From the NCBI GenBank assembly GCA_964016885.1, contig OZ024751.1, forward strand, positions 47,306,001-47,370,000: DNA of 64,000 nt, written 5' to 3'. A program made the translations under genes and the position numbers. Under the pieces are notes generated by a model, which worked only from the letters and a program-made list of their open reading frames with translations, had not been told where the DNA came from and did not search any database. Below, one piece after another: positions 1 to 12,546 of the stretch; within the stretch, counting starts at the first letter, position 1, and the number at the start of each line of letters is the position of its first letter. This DNA is from Eledone cirrhosa (Eukaryota).

Positions 1-218
1 AATCTCCAGATGTTAAACTCTTATCTATATATTCATGTATCTCTCTGCCTCTCTCTCTGTCTCTCTTTCTTTCTCTCTCTCTCTCTCTCTCTCTGTGTGT
101 GCGTAAAAAGTAAACAGAAATAAAGCAAACGACAGTACAGTGAAGAAATATATTAGTTTAACACTTGAAATAACAGGAAAAGAAGAAACGAGTCTTGATG
201 TTTCAGACACTAGCCTTT

Positions 219-249
<31 letters not shown>

Positions 250-317
250 ACGCACACACATATATATATATATATATATAATATATAAGATCAAAAGATG
301 GTTAAAAGAGTTCCAAG

Positions 318-384
318 TATTTTATTATGCGCATTTCAAAACAAATATCATGCAATGACATTTGCGTTTTCGTCAGATAAAATA
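318..384 (-). ncRNA. Type I hammerhead ribozyme
   Basis: tattttat CTGACGA [long stem II] GAAA tgcgcat A ataaaata: 8-bp stem I, palindromic stem III, AUA site. Confidence 0.85.
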
Positions 385-473
385 GGGAGACATGACTACT
401 TATCCGATATCTGCATTGCTTTATTGTACTACAATAAAACTCACCTCCTACATTATATATATATATATATAGC

Positions 474-816
474 AGGCACATGGCTTAGTGGTTAGAGCAT
501 TGGCCTTGCAATCGAAAGGTTGTGAGTTCAATTCTCAGACCGGGTGATGTGTTGTTTCCTTGAGCAAGACACTTTATTTCACATTGCTCCAGTTTACTCA
601 GCTGTAGAAATGAGATGATAGGGACTGGGGTCCATATCATTCCACTGCAAAGTGGTCGTGGAGGTGCCACGGCAAAAAAGCACCCAGCACTCACTGTAAA
701 TGAGGTTGGTGTTAGGAAGGGCATCCAGCTGTAGAAATCAAGCCAGAATCAGTTCCCGTCCCACCCTTGCAAGCAGGGAAAAAGCGGACGTAAAATGAAA
801 TGATGATAATGATGAT
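474..816 (+). mobile_element. tRNA-derived SINE with CORE-like body and RTE-derived tail
   Basis: A box TGGCTTAGTGG, B box GAGTTCAATTC, 'ccttgagcaagacacttt' core, tail shares ggttggtgttaggaagggcatcca and (GAT)n with the LINE 3'UTR. Confidence 0.88.
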
Positions 817-886
817 ATATATATATATATATACTACCAATATTAGATTAAAGATGCCATATGTGAGAATACCAGAAGCATATATA

Positions 887-3800
887 TCATCATCATCATC
901 ATCATCAACGTTTAACGTCCGTGTTCCACGCTTGCATGGGTTTGGACGGGGGTAGTCCCACTTGAGGCAAGAGTGATTGTCTTGCTCGCATAGGACTGTC
1001 TGGCAGGTTTTCTACAGTTGGATGCCCTTCCTAACACCAACCACATTTACAGTGTGGGTCTGGGAGGTTTTTACCGTGTTGCCTACACGGCCACATTACA
1101 GCGTGGACTGTGTGTTTTTTTGTCGTGACACCTACACGATCTCATTTGTTTCGGCCTGGATGGCGCGGCACCAACATAACTTTACATAGAACGGGGTGGT
1201 GTGGATGGGGTGGGGGTGGTGGCGGGACGGGGTGTATTTTGTTAGAGATGCCTACTGGCAAGGCGGGTCTTCTCTGTTACTGAGTACCGCCAAAGGTCAC
1301 GGTCCAGTGACATTGTCTTGGAGAGGTGTAAGTGTGTGAGGTCGGAGTTTATCAGCTCATCCCATGTTTTTCTAGGTCTGCCTATTCCGTGGCTACCGTC
1401 TATCTTTATTGCCCTGCACTTTGTAATACAGCTATCGACTTTCATGCGCATCACGTGTCCATACCAACGCAGCCTTCTCTCGAGTAAACAACATCTGATC
1501 CCTCTTATCTCTAATTTTTTCCTTAGTTCGTTTATGCTTTGCCGTTCACGTATATTACTGTTACACATCCAGCGGAGCATGCAAGCTTCGTTCCTCTCTA
1601 GTCTGCGTATATCCTCTGCACACAATGCCCAGGTCTCACTACCATGCAACATTGCTGTTCGTATGCAGGCATCGTACAACCTGCCTTTCATTTTTAGGGA
1701 GAACCCTTTAGCAGCTAATAGTGGTATAAGCTCTCTGAACTTTTTCCAACCAGTTCTGACTCTAGCTACAGTACTTTCAGAGCACCCTCCCCCACTGCTG
1801 ATTTTATCGCCCAGGTAACGGAAGCTGTCCACTATTTCTATAGAACCCTCTGCGCAATTGAAAGAGCTAGTATTTTGTGGGCACTTGCTGCTACTTATTG
1901 CACCAGAACACCGGCCACATGTAAAGTCTATGTTCTTAGTTAGCTTACCTGTGATCCCACTACATCTTTTATGCACCCATACTTTGCATTTAGGACATAA
2001 GATGGAGTTTCTACCTACGCCTTTCCTACATACCGAGCACGACCATTTCCCAGAAGGGACCGCCGCCTTGTTTTCTTTCCTACAAACTAGAACTTTGGTC
2101 TTAGCCAGGTTAATTTTAAGTCCTTTTGACTCTAGGCCGTGCTTCCATGTTTGGAATTTCTTCTCTAGCTCGGCCATTGATTCCGCTATGAGTGTCAGGT
2201 CGTCTGCGTATAGGAGTTCCCATGGGCAGCCTGTCTTGAACTCCTCTGTTATAGCCTGAAGGGCAATAATAAATAGTAGGGGGCTGAGAACAGAGCCCTG
2301 ATGGACGCCAACTTTTACGCTAAACTCTTCACTATATTCGTTGTTAATTCTAACCTTGCTGACTGTTTCTTTATACATGGCTTGTATAGCCCTCACAAGC
2401 CATTCGTCAACGCCTAGTTTTCTAAGAGCCCACCAGATAATGGAGCGGGGGACTCTGTCGAAGGCTTTCTCCAGGTCGACAAAAGCTAAGTAGAGGGGTT
2501 TACCTTTAGCTAGGTACTTCTCCTGTAGTTGTCGTACTATGAAAAGAGCGTCTGTGGTGCTTTTGCCTGACACAAACCCGAACTGCATTTCATCTAGATC
2601 AATTCTCTCTCTGATTAGTTGCGCTATTACTTTTTCCGTGACCTTCATGACCTGGTCGATTAATTTAATGCCTCTATAGTTACTCCTATCTAGGGCGTCT
2701 CCTTTACCCTTATAACAGTTAACGATGATGCTGCTATGCCAGTCCTTCGGAACAACCCCATTCTGTACGACTTGGTTAACTATGCGGGTGACCATGGTGT
2801 GTCCCACCGTGCCAGATGCCTTCAGCATCTCAGCAACTATTTCCGAAGGCCCAGCCGCCTTACCAGTCTTCATATCCTTGATTGCCTTACTTATTATACT
2901 CCCCTCGACTAACACTGCTGGTCCCTCTATCGGGTCGATAAGGGGGAGACTGTCTTTCTCCCATTTATTCTCCTCATTTAGTAGCCTTTCATAGTGACAC
3001 TTCCAAGCTACCTTCTTATCAGTGTCGGTGATGGCAAGTATGCCATCATCGTTAAGTACACACTTCTCCCCGACAATATCACGGTTTTCCTTGACGCATT
3101 GCCTGGCAATCCTGAACACCTCACGTTTTTGGTCATCGCGTTGTAGAACATGCTTGAACTTTCTTTCCTCAGCTTCCCTTCTTGCTAAGTACACTTCTCT
3201 CCTAGCTTCCCTCCTGGCCACTTGATAGTCTACTCTACTTCCCCCATCCCGCCATACTTTCCAAGCCTGCTTTTTGGCCTTAATTGACCCCTCCACCCTA
3301 TTGTTCCACCACCATGTTACTCTCCTCCTGCCTACAGGCCTGCTCCGGCCACAGACTTCGTCTGTCGCCAACAGCAGGTTTGCTTTCAGAAATTTCCACT
3401 GTCCCTCTATATTGTCCGATTCTAGATGCTCTTCCTTACTGTCGAAAGCATCAAGTAATATGCTTTGAAATTTATTTCTGGCTGTGGGGTCCTTTAGTTT
3501 CCATATTTTCCTCCTGAGGATAGTCCTCTTCTGCTGTCGGGTGCGTCTCGTCCTGACTATGAGGTCGCTAATTATCAGTCTATGTTGAGAGGTGCATTCT
3601 TCATGGGGGAGGGATTTAGTGTTTACAACAGACACTCTGTCACGTCTTCTGGTAAGGATATAATCTACCTGGCTTGTGTGTTCCCCGGATCTATAGGTAA
3701 TCAGGTGATTGTCACGTTTTTTGAAGTTAGTGTTACAGATAGTTAGGTTATTTGCATCACAGTATTCCAGAATTCTGGAGCCTTCCTCATTTCTAGTACC

Positions 3801-5010
3801 AAAGCCATAGCCTCCATGGATTTCGTCATAGCCGTCACAATGTTGTCCAACGTGACCATTTAGGTCGCCTGCAATAATTATATAGTCACTGTCAGATATT
3901 TGGGAGGTAGTTAGCAACAGTGTCTCATAGAATCTGTCTTTTATAGTGCCGGGCAGTCCGGATTGGGGTGCGTACGCAGATATTACTGTCACCGTAGTTC
4001 TATTGAGGACAAGTCTTATTTTAATTATTCTGTCGTTCACTCTATTTACGTCTATTATCTTATCTGCCCACTTTTCTGCTACCATGATTCCTACTCCACC
4101 CAGCCCATCGTCGTTTCCCACCCAGAAAAGCTTATAACATCGTTTTTTACCCTCAATGAATCTAGCAGACCCACCCCTCCACCTGGTCTCTTGAATACAA
4201 CAAACATCGACCTCCTTACGTTCAAGCATTTCTACAACCTCGTTAGCGCGACCCTTTAGGGTGCCTACATTTATGGTACCAACTCTGAAGTTTTGGGTTG
4301 CGTTTGGAGGGTGGGGGTGGTGGGGGGCGGGAGGAGATAGGGTTATGTTAGCCATCCGCGGACGAAACAAAGAGGAGTGCTCGCATTCTCGTCCACGAGG
4401 TGAATTTGACTTTAACTTTGGCATTTTCGCTCTGTGCGTCCAGATTTTTCTCTCCCTTCCACTCTCCAGGATTCCGCAGTCCGTCCGTCCATCCATCCAT
4501 CCATCATATATCGAAGGCAACCGGGCAAGCGATAGTATAGGCCTCTGGCTTATGATTTGGTCCGCGTAATAATAATAATGGTGATGCGTGGGGGTGGGGG
4601 TGGGGGGCTCTGGCTTATAATAATGGTGGTGATGCGGGGGGGGGGGGGGGGGCTCTGGCTTATGATTGGTCCACGTATTAAGTATGGTGGCGTGTGGGGG
4701 CGGGAGGGAGGGGTGTGGGGTAGCTAGCTGGAAGGTTATGAATGTTTAACAAGCGATTTAACAAAAAGCAAAACTGCAAGATTTGTTCTGTTCAATACGA
4801 CAAAAACACCGTATTTAAACCTTAAATAGATAACAAAAAAATACAGATTTCGGATTTTGCGAGATTGGATGTTTGTTTGGACTATGTACGGAATTGAGCG
4901 CGGAAATGGAGAGAAGAATTGTACTTTACGATTTACATGAGTCCATCATAGAAATAATTGAAGCAGCGGTGGATTGGCGAAAGTGAATAAACATGAAGGA
5001 GAACTTATCT
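887..5010 (-). mobile_element. Full-length RTE-clade LINE
   Basis: Single intact ORF, ~350-nt 3'UTR ending in a (GAT)n tail, (TA)n on both flanks; 5' boundary approximate. Confidence 0.93.
1242..4520 (-). CDS. LINE ORF: APE endonuclease + reverse transcriptase + PHD-type finger
   Basis: APE motifs (INVGTL, IQETRW, GDLNGH, VDYIL, SQHR), RT motifs (FVDLEKAFD, QGSVLSP, YADD, YLG), RTE C-terminus (RLRWYGHV, GRPRKTW); true start codon uncertain. Confidence 0.96.
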   Translation of the reverse strand: MPSIYDGWMDGRTDCGILESGRERKIWTHRAKMPKLKSNSPRGRECEHSSLFRPRMANITLSPPAPHHPHPPNATQNFRVGTINVGTLKGRANEVVEMLERKEVDVCCIQETRWRGGSARFIEGKKRCYKLFWVGNDDGLGGVGIMVAEKWADKIIDVNRVNDRIIKIRLVLNRTTVTVISAYAPQSGLPGTIKDRFYETLLLTTSQISDSDYIIIAGDLNGHVGQHCDGYDEIHGGYGFGTRNEEGSRILEYCDANNLTICNTNFKKRDNHLITYRSGEHTSQVDYILTRRRDRVSVVNTKSLPHEECTSQHRLIISDLIVRTRRTRQQKRTILRRKIWKLKDPTARNKFQSILLDAFDSKEEHLESDNIEGQWKFLKANLLLATDEVCGRSRPVGRRRVTWWWNNRVEGSIKAKKQAWKVWRDGGSRVDYQVARREARREVYLARREAEERKFKHVLQRDDQKREVFRIARQCVKENRDIVGEKCVLNDDGILAITDTDKKVAWKCHYERLLNEENKWEKDSLPLIDPIEGPAVLVEGSIISKAIKDMKTGKAAGPSEIVAEMLKASGTVGHTMVTRIVNQVVQNGVVPKDWHSSIIVNCYKGKGDALDRSNYRGIKLIDQVMKVTEKVIAQLIRERIDLDEMQFGFVSGKSTTDALFIVRQLQEKYLAKGKPLYLAFVDLEKAFDRVPRSIIWWALRKLGVDEWLVRAIQAMYKETVSKVRINNEYSEEFSVKVGVHQGSVLSPLLFIIALQAITEEFKTGCPWELLYADDLTLIAESMAELEKKFQTWKHGLESKGLKINLAKTKVLVCRKENKAAVPSGKWSCSVCRKGVGRNSILCPKCKVWVHKRCSGITGKLTKNIDFTCGRCSGAISSSKCPQNTSSFNCAEGSIEIVDSFRYLGDKISSGGGCSESTVARVRTGWKKFRELIPLLAAKGFSLKMKGRLYDACIRTAMLHGSETWALCAEDIRRLERNEACMLRWMCNSNIRERQSINELRKKLEIRGIRCCLLERRLRWYGHVMRMKVDSCITKCRAIKIDGSHGIGRPRKTWDELINSDLTHLHLSKTMSLDRDLWRYSVTEKTRLASRHL

Positions 5011-5061
<51 letters not shown>

Positions 5062-5194
5062 CTAAGCGAGAGATAGAGGGGAAGAAAGAGAGGGGGATAT
5101 ATATAATGGAAAAATTTGAACAGGAACAAAACAGAGAGGCAGTACAACGAATGTTTATTAATTTCACGCTCTGGAGAGTGGGGTGGTGGTGGAG

Positions 5195-5228
5195 AACGAC
5201 GTTTCGGGCATAAGCCCTTCCTCAGGTG
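5195..5228 (-). ncRNA. Minimal hammerhead in a Penelope-type pLTR fragment (about 5100-5320)
   Basis: CTGAGGA agggc ttat gccc GAAA cgt C; stem I weak; AATAAA downstream. Confidence 0.7.
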
Positions 5229-5390
5229 AGAAGTGTGTGGGAACAGAGTTCAAAGGGTGTGTAGGCGAGTGGTGGAGAGACATATAGCGAAAGGAAACGG
5301 TGCGAAAATATATATATATTTGTTTTGCAAGATTTATTATTTTTTGGCACCATGACCTCCCCAAAGTATAACAATATATATATATATATT

Positions 5391-5429
<39 letters not shown>

Positions 5430-5447
5430 ATGTGTTTCTGCCTGCAG

Positions 5448-5570
5448 ATTCCATCCATTGGTTCATTGATTCACTACAGTTGGAACGGTCAGAAGGAGAA
5501 GCCTGGAATTGTACTGAAGACTTACTGTGAGAAACGTCAGACATTGATAGCTGATGTAGTTAGTAAGAAG
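5448..5570 (+). CDS. ZZEF1: ZZEF1-like gene, internal coding exon (first visible)
   Basis: ctgcag acceptor, AAG|gtgcac donor, open frame IPSIGSLIHYSWNGQKEK...VSKK; phase 0 matches the next exon; no independent homology recognised for this exon. Confidence 0.6.
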
Positions 5571-5589
5571 GTGCACTGTGTAAGTATTG

Positions 5590-6285
5590 TAGAGTGGTGT
5601 GGTGTTGTAGTGTGGTGTGCTGTGGTGTTGTAGTGTGGTGTGGTGTTGTAGTGGTGTTGTAGTATGGTGTACTGTGGTTTGGTGTGCAGTAATGTGGTGT
5701 AGAGTGGTGTTGTAGTGTGGTGTACTGTCACACACTGATAGCTAATGTTAGTAAGTGTAGTGGTAGTCTGTGGTGTGTAGTGCTGTGTGGAGTGGTGCTG
5801 TGTTGTGGTATGTGAGGTGTTGTGGTGGTGTGTGGTAGAGTGGTGTGGTATGTGAAGTGTTGTGGTGGTAGAGTGAGTGGTGGTATGGTATGTGGAGTGG
5901 TGTGGTATGTCGTGGTGTGGTGTGGTATGTTGTGGTATGTGGTGGTGTGGTGTGGTATGTGAGGTGTTGTGGTGGTGTGGTGTGGTATGTGAGGTGTTGT
6001 GGTGGTGTGGTGTGGTATGTGAGGTGTTGTGGTGTGGTATGTGAGGTGTTGTGGTGGTGGTGTGGTGTGGTATGTGAGGTGTTGTGGTGGTGGTGTGGTG
6101 TGGTATGTGAGGTGTTGTGGTGTGGTGTGGTATGTGAGGTGTTGTGGTGTGGTATGTGAGGTGTTGTGGTGGTGGTGTGGTATGTGAGGTGTTGTGGTGG
6201 TGTGGTGTGGTATGTGAGGTGTTGTGGTGTGGTATGTAGTGGTGTGGTATGGGAGGTGATGTGGTATGGGAGGTGATGTGGTGGT
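5590..6285. repeat. GT-rich degenerate minisatellite
   Basis: gtggtatgtgaggtgttgtggtg units. Confidence 0.9.
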
Positions 6286-6360
6286 GTGTCTCTCCTTAAT
6301 GGACCCAATATATTGTGTGGAACTTGTTTGGCTTTCATCTTTGTCTTTCATCTCCTTCAG

Positions 6361-6475
6361 GTTGACGATGACAGCTTCTCAGTTGTAAACGAAGGTATTG
6401 ACATATCCAGGTGTGAACACAAATTCATCGAACTCATTATTAATTTAATCAAACAACTGTGCAATATTTTCAAAG
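6361..6475 (+). CDS. ZZEF1: ZZEF1-like coding exon
   Basis: Polypyrimidine+cag acceptor, G|gtcaga donor, VDDDSFSVV...CNIFK; phase 0 in, phase 1 out joins 8335. Confidence 0.75.
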
Positions 6476-6539
6476 GTCAGATTTCTATTGTTTTCTTTTT
6501 GTCTTAAACTTTTCTTGTCTTTCTTCTTTTTAAATAATA

Positions 6540-8080
6540 ACCATACCATTATCGACATTATCACCATCATCATCATAGTAACCATACCATTATCATCATC
6601 ACCATCATACTAACTATACCATTATCATCATCATCATCATCATAGTAACCATACCATTATCATCATCACCATAGTAACCATACAATTATCATCATCATCA
6701 TACTAACCATACCATTATCACCATCATCATAATAACCATACCATTATCACCATCACCATCATAGTAACCATACCATTATCACCATCATCATAGTAACCAT
6801 ACCATTATCATCATCATCATAGTAACCATACCATTATCATCATCATCGTAGTAACCATACCATTATCACCATCATCATAGTAACCATACCATTATTATCA
6901 TCATCATCATAGTAACCATACCATTATTATCATCATCATAGTAACCATACCATTATCACCATCACCATCATAGTAACCATACCATTATCATCATCATCGT
7001 AGTAACCATACCATTATCATCATCATCATCATAACCATACCATTATCATCATCATCATCATAACCATACCATTATCATCATCATCGTAGTAACCATACCA
7101 TTATCATCATCATATTAACCATACCATTATCACCATCATCATCATCATCATAATAACCACACCATTATCATCATCATCATCATAATAACCACACCATTAT
7201 CATCATCATCATAGTAAGCATACCATTATCACCATCATCATAGTAACCATACCATTATCATCATCATCATAACCATACCATTATCATCATCATAGTAACC
7301 ATACCATTATCATCATCATCATAACCATACCATTATCATCATCATACTAACCATACCATTATCACCATCATCATCATAATAACCACACCATTATCATCAT
7401 CATAGTAACCATACCATTATCATCATCATCATAGTAACCATACCATTATCACCATCATCATAATAACTATACCATTATCATCACCATCATAGTAACCATA
7501 CCATTACCATCATCACCATCATAGTAACCATACCATTATCATCATACTAACCATACCATTATCATCATCACCATCATAGTAACCATACCATTATCATCAT
7601 CATCATACTAACCATACCATTATCATCATCATCATAGTACTAACCATACCATTATCATCATCATCATAGTACTAACCATACCATTATCACCATCATCATA
7701 CTAACCATACCGTTATCACCATCATCATCATAGTAACCATACCATTATCATCATCATCATACTAACCATACCATTATCATCATCATCATAGTACTAACCA
7801 TACCATTATCATCATCATCATAGTAACCATACCATTATCACCATCATCATACTAACCATACCGTTATCACCATCATCATCATAGTAACCATACCATTATC
7901 ACCATCATCATAATAATAACCATACTACCATCATCATCATCACCACTATACCATTATCATCATCATCATCATCATCACAACCATACCATCATCATCACAA
8001 CCATGCCATCATCATAACAGCCATATCATCATCATCACAACCATACCATCATCATAACAGCCATATCATCATCATCATCA
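6540..8080. repeat. CAT-based minisatellite
   Basis: taaccataccattat(cat)n units. Confidence 0.95.
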
Positions 8081-8334
8081 CTGTAAAAATTATGCTAAAA
8101 ATAACAGAGGACTCTTTAGATATGTCAAGAGCATGACAACATCTCTAGTGTTGTTGCCACTATAAAATACACCCAGTACACTCTGTAAAGTGGTTAATTG
8201 GTGATAGGAAGGGCATCCAGCTGTAGAAGACTTGCCAAAGAAAGTGGTGGTAGTGATGGTGCTGCTGCCAAAAACAATAAAAAAAAAAGTGAGATAATAA
8301 ACAACTTTCTCTCTTTCTGCCATATCTATTTCAG

Positions 8335-8525
8335 ACAAGAAGAAACTTTGTATGGACCTGACTTGGGTAATGGCATTATTACAGAAACTTCTTTACCAAA
8401 TCTTTACCAATCTTAGCCTGCTCTTCGTCAAAGATGTTCATGATCCGGTATTAATCCAGTGTCTTGTAGATCTAGCCAGTCAGGGTACTGGACTCAGTAA
8501 ACAATGGTTACTCAAAGACTTGGAG
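8335..8525 (+). CDS. ZZEF1: ZZEF1-like coding exon
   Basis: tttcag/gttaga; DLTWVMALLQKLLY...SQGTGLSKQWLLKDLE resembles ZZEF1 'KGTGFSKTWLLRDLE' (recalled). Confidence 0.9.
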
Positions 8526-8632
8526 GTTAGAAGTTATTTCATTTTATTTTATAAATGACTTATATTTATTCCAGAAAGTTGGTACAATGCAGTAGAATAT
8601 AATATGTTTTATTTTAACTGTTTAACATTTAA

Positions 8633-10487
8633 CCCTTTAATGTTCAAACCGGCCAGAATTCTCTACCTTTTTCTGTTGAAACTGGCTGTAACTGGTCACT
8701 CTAACTGATGTTAAGGTATTGTTCTCAAAATAAATACTTTCAAAATCTCATAGATTCGATATTATGTGAGATAATTATGCGAGGTAAAGCCTTTACCATG
8801 AAAATACAATAGTATATATAGAGTAATGTAAATGTTATGTGAGATAAAGCCTTTACCATGAAAATACAATAGTATATATAGAGTAATGTAAATGTTATGT
8901 GAGATAAAGCCTTTACCATGAAAATACAATAGTATATATAGAGTAATGTAAATGTTATGCAAGATATTATGTGAGATAATTATGTGAAGTAAAGCCTTTA
9001 CCATGAAAATACAATAGTATATATAGAGTAATGTAAATGTTATGTGAGATAAAGCCTTTACCATGAAAATACAATAGTATATATAGAGTAATGTAAATGT
9101 TATGCAAGATATTATGTGAGATAATTATGTGAAGTAAAGCCTTTACCATGAAAATACAATAGTATATATAGAGTAATGTAAATGTTATGCAAGATATTAT
9201 GTGAGATAATTATGTGAAGTAAAGCCTTTACCATGAAAATACAATAGTATATATAGAGTAATGTAAATGTTATGCAAGATATTATGTGAGATAATTATGT
9301 GAAGTAAAGCCTTTACCATGAAAATACAATAGTATATATAGAGTAATGTAAATGTTATGTGAGATAAAGCCTTTACCATGAAAATACAATAGTATATATA
9401 GAGTAATGTAAATGTTATGCAAGATATTATGTGAGATAATTATGTGAAGTAAAGCCTTTACCATGAAAATACAATAGTATATATAGAGTAATGTAAATGT
9501 TATGTGAGATAAAGCCTTTACCATGAAAATACAATAGTATATATAGAGTAATGTAAATGTTATGCAAGATATTATGTGAGATAATTATGTGAAGTAAAGC
9601 CTTTACCATGAAAATACAATAGTATATATAGAGTAATGTAAATGTTATGTGAGATAAAGCCTTTACCATGAAAATACAATAGTATATATAGAGTAATGTA
9701 AATGTTATGCAAGATATTATGTGAGATAATTATGTGAAGTAAAGCCTTTACCATGAAAATACAATAGTATATATAGAGTAATGTAAATGTTATGTGAGAT
9801 AAAGCCTTTACCATGAAAATACAATAGTATATATAGAGTAATGTAAATGTTATGCAAGATATTATGTGAGATAATTATGTGAAGTAAAGCCTTTACCATG
9901 AAAATACAATAGTATATATAGAGTAATGTAAATGTTATGTGAGATAAAGCCTTTACCATGAAAATACAATAGTATATATAGAGTAATGTAAATGTTATGC
10001 AAGATATTATGTGAGATAATTATGTGAAGTAAAGCCTTTACCATGAAAATACAATAGTATATATAGAGTAATGTAAATGTTATGTGAGATAAAGCCTTTA
10101 CCATGAAAATACAATAGTATATATAGAGTAATGTAAATGTTATGCAAGATATTATGTGAGATAATTATGTGAAGTAAAGCCTTTACCATGAAAATACAAT
10201 AGTATATATAGAGTAATGTAAATGTTATGCAAGATATTATGTGAGATAATTATGTGAAGTAAAGCCTTTACCATGAAAATACAATAGTATATATAGAGTA
10301 ATGTAAATGTTATGCAAGATATTATGTGAGATAATTATGTGAAGTAAAGCCTTTACCATGAAAATACAATAGTATATATAGAGTAATGTAAATGTTATGC
10401 AAGATATTATGTGAGATAATTATGTGAAGTAAAGCCTTTACCATGAAAATATAATAGTATATATAAAGTAATGTGAATGCTAAAGGG
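8633..10487 (+). mobile_element. piggyBac-type (TTAA) MITE with internal 60/85-bp satellite
   Basis: TTAA|CCCTTTA...TAAAGGG|TTAA; unexpanded homolog at 23058-23268. Confidence 0.85.
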
Positions 10488-10778
10488 TTAAACCAGCCAT
10501 AACCGGCCAGAATTCTCTCACCTCTTTCTGTTCAAACCAGCCATAACCAGCCAGAATTCTTTCACCTCTTTCTGTTCAAACCAGCCATAACCAGCTGCTC
10601 ATATTTATGTTTTAATATATTAGGCAAGCATGGGAAATAAACATTAAATGAAAATAACATTTATTTTTTATTTTTATTTTTAATTTTTAATGTAGTTGTC
10701 CCAAAGCAGGTGACTATAATAATAATAGGCGGTCTCTGTTTTATAGTAATTAACTATTATTATTATAGTCATAATCAA

Positions 10779-10969
10779 GGGCGGTGGATTGGCAGTATCG
10801 GTAGAGGGTCGGACGCATGCTTTCCAGCATAGTTACGTCCCTTTACGATCTGAGTTCAAATCCCGCCGAGGTTGACTTTGCCTTTCATCCTTACGGGGTC
10901 GATAAAATAAAGTACCAGTAATGCACTGGGGTAATTGCTGGCCTTGTGCTTAAAGTAGAAACAATTATT
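10779..10969 (+). mobile_element. SINE family 2 (Pol III head, (ATT)n tail)
   Basis: A box TGGCAGTATCGG, B box GAGTTCAAATCC, 'ctttgcctttcatccttacggggtcgataaaataaagtaccag' body; other copies near 22640-23000, 24550-24760, 34830-35150, 42985-43145, 54560-54650, 56828-57020 (-), 58525-58680. Confidence 0.85.
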
Positions 10970-11080
10970 ATAGTCATAGTCATCTACATTGAGATGACTA
11001 CATTTTAAATTTTAAATTTTCCCAATATTTGATTGATTATTTATTTAGTTTTATTTTCGTTTGTTTATTTTGAAAAAAAG

Positions 11081-11269
11081 TTGTTGCTGTTGCTGCAATA
11101 CATGACAAAATCAAACTCGCTCCACAATGCCAAGAAAGCTGGCCAAAAATCACACTCTGGAAGTAAGGAATGTCGGAGTAGACAATTTCAAGATATTGAT
11201 GCTCCAGACTCTAACAGTGTTAAAGTTGAGAAACTTGTACTCGCTGATTTCTCAGATATAGAAAATACG
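11081..11269 (+). CDS. ZZEF1: ZZEF1-like coding exon
   Basis: aag acceptor after a T-rich tract, gtaaat donor, phase 0/0, LLLLLQYMTKS...DIENT. Confidence 0.75.
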
Positions 11270-11490
11270 GTAAATTTGACAAAACTTCTCTTAAATCTAT
11301 CATTGTTGTTTAGTTCCAATTACTATCTCATCTCTAATTATATCACCTGTTAAATGTAGCAACTTATAACAGTATCTTGAACCCTTTTACTATCAACCTA
11401 CCTCTCCCCTTGTTCTATGATACAAAGCTGTTTATTTTAATGTTTTATTTAAGTTATCATAATAAACAACTTTAAGTTATCATAATAAAC

Positions 11491-11708
11491 GTGAAGGCGT
11501 GTGGCTGAGTGGTTAGAGAATTGGATTCACAATCTTGAGGTTGTGAGTTCAATTCCTGGACCGGGCGATGCGTTATGTCCTTGAGCAAGACACTTTATTT
11601 CATGTTGCTCCTTCTACCTGGAGTTGCGACCTATAGATAGTATTAGCAATTGGAAAGACCAGCGGAAACATTGTTTCCTCGGTCCGATTTGACGAAAGTC
11701 GATCGATC
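11491..11708 (+). mobile_element. tRNA/CORE-like SINE variant with a different tail
   Basis: Same type of head; tail '...aaacattgtttcctcggtccgatttgac...gtcgatcga'; inverted copy at 18907-19125. Confidence 0.8.
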
Positions 11709-12012
11709 TTTAAGTTATCAAAAATTTTTTCATTATAATTTTATGTAAGAACTTTTGTGATAATTTCTTCAGATGGTTATTTAAAACAATGTGAAAATAA
11801 GGAGATCAAAAATATTTAGTAATCACCTGTAGTTTAGACTTCATCTTGCAGTATTTGTTCTGATTCTCTGTGAAGTCAACTTTGTCTTTCGAGGTTGATA
11901 TACAAAGTACCAGTCAAAGATGGTGGATTGGTGGAATTGTTAGATTACAAAACACATCTTTCTACATACACTCAATTTTACCTGGGTGTGTGTGTATATA
12001 TGTGTGTGTGTG

Positions 12013-12546
12013 TGTGATGCGTATGAAGGACGACAGCTGTATAAAAAAGTGCAGGACAATGAAAATTGATGGAAGCTACGGAGTGGGTAGACCAAGAAAA
12101 ACCTGGGACGAGGTGATAAAAACTGACCTTGCTCACCTATACCTCTCTAAGACTATGACACTGGATTGAGATCTTTGGCGCCATGTACAGAAGCCCCGAC
12201 TGCCATTGCATACAAACCTACAGTCAGTAGGCACCTCTTAACCTAATATACACCCCGCTCCCAAACCCTATGCCATCCTCCCTCTCTTGTTCCGTCCACT
12301 GTGTCGATGACACAACAGTCCACACTGTAAGGTGGCTGTGTAGGAGACACAGTAAAAAGGCTCCCAGTCCACACTGTAAATGTGGTTGGTGTTAGGAAGG
12401 GCATCCAGCTGTAAAAAAACCTGCCAGAGACGCTTCCGTGCGAGCGAAACACGGACTCCCAACCATTCCCGCATCAAATGGAACAAAACCGTCTAACCCA
12501 TGCTAGCGTGGAAGATGGACATTAAACGATGATGATGATGATGATG
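12013..12546 (+). mobile_element. Short 3' fragment of a related RTE subfamily
   Basis: MRMKDDSCIKKCR...GRPRKTWDEVI, diverged 3'UTR, (GAT)n tail, joined to (GT)n. Confidence 0.9.

Noticed and set aside
474-545. tRNA genes (also 11494, 43240)
   Set aside because: SINE heads: no proper acceptor stem, and they continue into SINE bodies
1318-4569. Plus-strand ORFs over the LINE
   Set aside because: Antisense shadows of the RT ORF
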